Part shown: positions 60,943 through 64,000 of the stretch, piece by piece
Layout: the number at the start of each line of letters is the position of its first letter
Position numbering within the stretch: position 1 is the stretch's first letter
Origin: a bacterium
Lineage (GTDB): Bacteria; UBP18; UBA7526
Assembly: GCA_030615855.1 (NCBI GenBank)
Contig: JAUWYL010000003.1
Span: forward strand, 2,384-66,383
Reading direction: 5' to 3'
Length of the DNA: 64,000 nt
Notes under the pieces: generated by a model
Told to the model about the DNA's origin: nothing
Seen by the model: only the letters and a program-made list of their open reading frames with translations
The model's database searches: none
Made by a program: the position numbers and the translations under genes

Positions 60943-61443
60943 AATTCTCCCTCCTTTCTTAAACGCAGATTTCTTTATTCTGCTTACTGCGTGGGATTAA
61001 ATACACGGATAATCACGGATAAAACCTTAAACACGGATTATCACGGATTGGTTACGGATTCACACCCCATACCACTCCGACTCTAAGTTGGAGGCTACGG
61101 GGCCCTGCACCATATGGTTCAGGGCGGGGCAGGTAGATCACAGATACTGGATACTTGATTCTAGATATTAGGAAACTCAGATAGACGCCAGACAATCTGG
61201 CTAGATTCTTCGTAATACTCAGAATGTAGGATCGGGAAACTGGGATATCAGGCACTTCGTTTCAATGCAAAGTGCAAAATTAACTGCTCACTCATTTTGC
61301 ATTGTTGTTTATTCCCAGTTTCCTCCGCCCCATCCGCCCCGGAGGGGCGAGACCTCGCCTCTGGCGGGCAATCCCCTAATCACCAATAACTGATAACTTT
61401 CTCCTGTAACCTGAGGCCGGCAGCCTGTAGCCTGAGGCCTGAA

Positions 61444-61956
61444 TTACTCTACAGTAATCAGGTCCCTCCACTTCGCCAGGGTCTTGGGCCCCACTCCCTT
61501 TGCCTTGGTGATATCATCAATACTGGTGTAGGGTCGGGCAGCGATGATTGCCTGGGCCTTAGCCGGGCCCACTCCAGGAAGGGCCTGAAGCTCACTAGCA
61601 GAAGCGGTATTGATGTTGATCTTTACTCCCGGAGCAAGGGGCTTCTTCTTGGCTGCTTTGGGCTTGCCAACCACCTCTGTGGCACCCTCTACAGTAATCA
61701 GGTCCCTCCACTTCATCAGGGTCTTGGGCCCCACTCCCTTTGCCTTGGTGATATCATCAATACTGGTGTAGGGTCGGGCAGCGATGATTGCCTGAGCCTT
61801 GGCCGGTCCCACCCCGGGAAGGCTCTGAAGCTCTGCACTGGTAGCGGTATTAATGTTCACCTTGGCCTGAATTAGGGTCGCTCCAAAGATTAGAAGACCT
61901 AAAGCAAGCACCAGAATCAATCCTTTTTTCATTCTTCTCACCCCCCTTCTAAACAC
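61444..61956 (-). CDS. Exported ComEA-like protein with two near-identical HhH domains
   Basis: Signal peptide; NINTA..ELQ.LPGVGPAKAQAII x2 (240 bp period). Confidence 0.88.
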   Translation of the reverse strand: MFRRGVRRMKKGLILVLALGLLIFGATLIQAKVNINTATSAELQSLPGVGPAKAQAIIAARPYTSIDDITKAKGVGPKTLMKWRDLITVEGATEVVGKPKAAKKKPLAPGVKININTASASELQALPGVGPAKAQAIIAARPYTSIDDITKAKGVGPKTLAKWRDLITVE

Positions 61957-62196
61957 AGATTTTCACAGATTTTTTACAGCTGGGCACAGATCACAGATCT
62001 TGAAAGCCTGCTGAATTTTGAAAATTGTTTGTATCTTGTTTCTTGGTGTTTGTATCTTGTCAACGGTTTTCTATTCTCTCTTTTCTCTACTGATTTCCGT
62101 TCTCTGCCAACTGATTTCTGTTTTCCCTGCCCCGTAGGCTTGTCCTTCGGGGTAACAACCGATTTCTATTTTTATAGTCAATCACCGATCACCGTA

Positions 62197-63180
62197 TTAG
62201 AACCATCTCTTCCTACGACAGTAGACGTAGATCAGGAATCCGGTTAAGCAGATAATGCCCCAGGCGAAGAGGTAGCCGAGGCGCCACCTGAACTCTGGGA
62301 TAAAGACAAAGTTCATCCCCCACAGTCCGGTAAGAAAGGTCATGGGGATGAAGATAGTGGCCACAATGGTCAGTACCTTCATGGTATTGTTCATCCTATG
62401 AGAAAGAAGGGAGAGATGGGCCTCCATTACTGAGGTTAACAACTCCCGAAAGGTCTCGATCATACTATGGATCCTGATCAGATGATCGTGGATATCCCTA
62501 TAGTAGACGGCCATCTGAGGATGAACGAAGGGATAGTCCCTTCTGCAGAAACGGGCGATGAGCTCTCGTTGGGGAGCCATGACCTTCCTCAGGGAAATAA
62601 TGTGTCTCTTATAGGAAAAGACCTTATTTAAAAACTTCTCTGGCTTAGCAGTAGAAACAGTGTCTTCCAATTCATCTATCCGATCCTCAATGAGGTTCAG
62701 GATATAGAAGTAGTTATCCATAATGTCATCCAGAATGGAATAGAGGAGAAAGTCGCATCCCTTAGAAAGTATTTCAGGATTTTTCTTTAACTCTTCCATT
62801 ATGGTATTTATATTCCATATCTTCTCCTTATGTAAGGTGAGGATATAATTCTTTCCTAAGATAACGTCTATCTCTCGGATGCTCAAGGGCTCCTCCCCTC
62901 TCTCTTCCTTATCCTTATAGAAGTAGACAGAGTGCATGATCATAAAGAGGTAATCGGAGAACTCATCAACCTTGGGCTCTTCTTGAGGAACACGGCAGGC
63001 ATCGATCACCAGAGAATGGAGATAGATGGCCGCTCTTAAGAATTCAAAATCTTCTTCACTGGGATCGAAGAAGTCAAGCCACAGGACGTTCTTCTCATTC
63101 TTAAGAAGTTTCTTGACCTTCTTAAGGTCGATCCCGGTCTCTAACTTCTTACCTTCTCTTAGGAGAAAGGAAGTAATCAT
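62197..63180 (-). CDS. corA: CorA Mg2+/Co2+ transporter
   Basis: MNNTMKVLT, GLWGMNF, two C-terminal TM. Confidence 0.92.
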   Translation of the reverse strand: MITSFLLREGKKLETGIDLKKVKKLLKNEKNVLWLDFFDPSEEDFEFLRAAIYLHSLVIDACRVPQEEPKVDEFSDYLFMIMHSVYFYKDKEERGEEPLSIREIDVILGKNYILTLHKEKIWNINTIMEELKKNPEILSKGCDFLLYSILDDIMDNYFYILNLIEDRIDELEDTVSTAKPEKFLNKVFSYKRHIISLRKVMAPQRELIARFCRRDYPFVHPQMAVYYRDIHDHLIRIHSMIETFRELLTSVMEAHLSLLSHRMNNTMKVLTIVATIFIPMTFLTGLWGMNFVFIPEFRWRLGYLFAWGIICLTGFLIYVYCRRKRWF

Positions 63181-63376
63181 CTCTCAACCCCTAATCATAG
63201 ATTATCAGAACATCAGAATGAGAATTCAGGAATCAGATTTCAGATTCAATCTGACCTTCTGATAACTGACCCTCTCCATCTGATACTCTGGTAATCTGAT
63301 ATTCTAATTATACGAGCAGCGCCCGTCTGGCCGCCGGACAGGCAACCGCAATCAATTAACGTAACTTGCAGCCTAT

Positions 63377-64000
63377 TTATTTTACAGTAACCAATGGTCT
63401 CAATTTTTCCAGGGTGGCAGGTCCGATTCCCCTTACCTTAAGTAAATCATCAACTGTAGCATAGGGTCTACCAGCGATGATTGCTTGGGCCTTGGCTGGC
63501 CCAATCCTAGGGAGAGTCTCTAGCTGGGGGACAGAAGCGGTGTTGATATTTATCCTGGCCCCTGGAACCACTCTCTTCTCTGCGGGAGTTACTCTCTTCG
63601 CTGGAGGTTTCTTTATCACTGGTGCTGCACTTAGTATCTGGATATCAGAAGGCTCCTTGGGCTTTATTTGTAGCCCTCCTCTATAGAAACCGATCTGGCC
63701 AGTGACCTGGATGGAGGTGCCGGTCTTTAGGCTTTCTCTCCGGGGTAGGCGCTGGTATAGGCTCTTCCAGATGAGAACATCTATGCTTCCGGTGCCGTCG
63801 TTAATCCGCAAAGTGCGGCCCTTCTCTTCCTTGAAGACCTTGATGCTTGTTATCTTTCCTTTGAGCCTTGCCCTCTGCCCCACGTTCGCCCGGGTCATAC
63901 TCCCAATAGAGGAGACCTCTGGGGCGGGAAGAGCCGGCGCCTTCTTTTTCGGAACCACTTTCTTTTCTGGAACTACTTTTTTCTCCGGGATACCTCCGCG
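63377..64000 (-). CDS. OB-fold + HhH protein (5' end outside window)
   Basis: Frame open to 64000; NDGTGSIDVLIW OB closely resembling 43086-45020; ININTAS..LPRIGP. Confidence 0.82.
   Translation of the reverse strand, partial: RGGIPEKKVVPEKKVVPKKKAPALPAPEVSSIGSMTRANVGQRARLKGKITSIKVFKEEKGRTLRINDGTGSIDVLIWKSLYQRLPRRESLKTGTSIQVTGQIGFYRGGLQIKPKEPSDIQILSAAPVIKKPPAKRVTPAEKRVVPGARININTASVPQLETLPRIGPAKAQAIIAGRPYATVDDLLKVRGIGPATLEKLRPLVTVK

Noticed and set aside
61052..61255. 67 aa minus-strand ORF
   Set aside because: Composed of dispersed repeat elements
4..63686. Plus-strand ORFs in the track
   Set aside because: All are antisense shadows of well-supported minus-strand genes or translated repeats, with no recognisable motifs

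Overview
Bacterial chromosomal window from a diderm (secretin, beta-barrels, Mla) of unidentified lineage; every convincing gene is on the minus strand. 1-20 kb: housekeeping block (mlaFE, alr, dnaB, rplI, rpsR, ssb, rpsF, ychF, hppA, pth, rplY, prs, glmU, tRNA-Gln, spoVG, ispE, TPR protein, pckG). 20.8-38.1 kb: type II secretion operon (gspC-M) interrupted by a gingipain-like C25 peptidase pair and a HEPN/MNT module, preceded by a tRNA-Asn(GUU) split by a group I intron at 35/36. 38.7-64 kb: an unusual locus rich in exported nucleic-acid-binding modules (about 11 ComEA-type HhH domains, at least 6 OB folds, LysM, three predicted outer-membrane barrels, a secreted ComEC-like MBL protein, a TctA-type permease and a membrane hydrolase), a candidate extracellular-DNA capture/feeding system. 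The window is also saturated with inverted 7-10 nt tandem arrays and short palindromic elements that fill intergenic gaps, flank a four-helix-bundle gene and have entered coding regions in frame.
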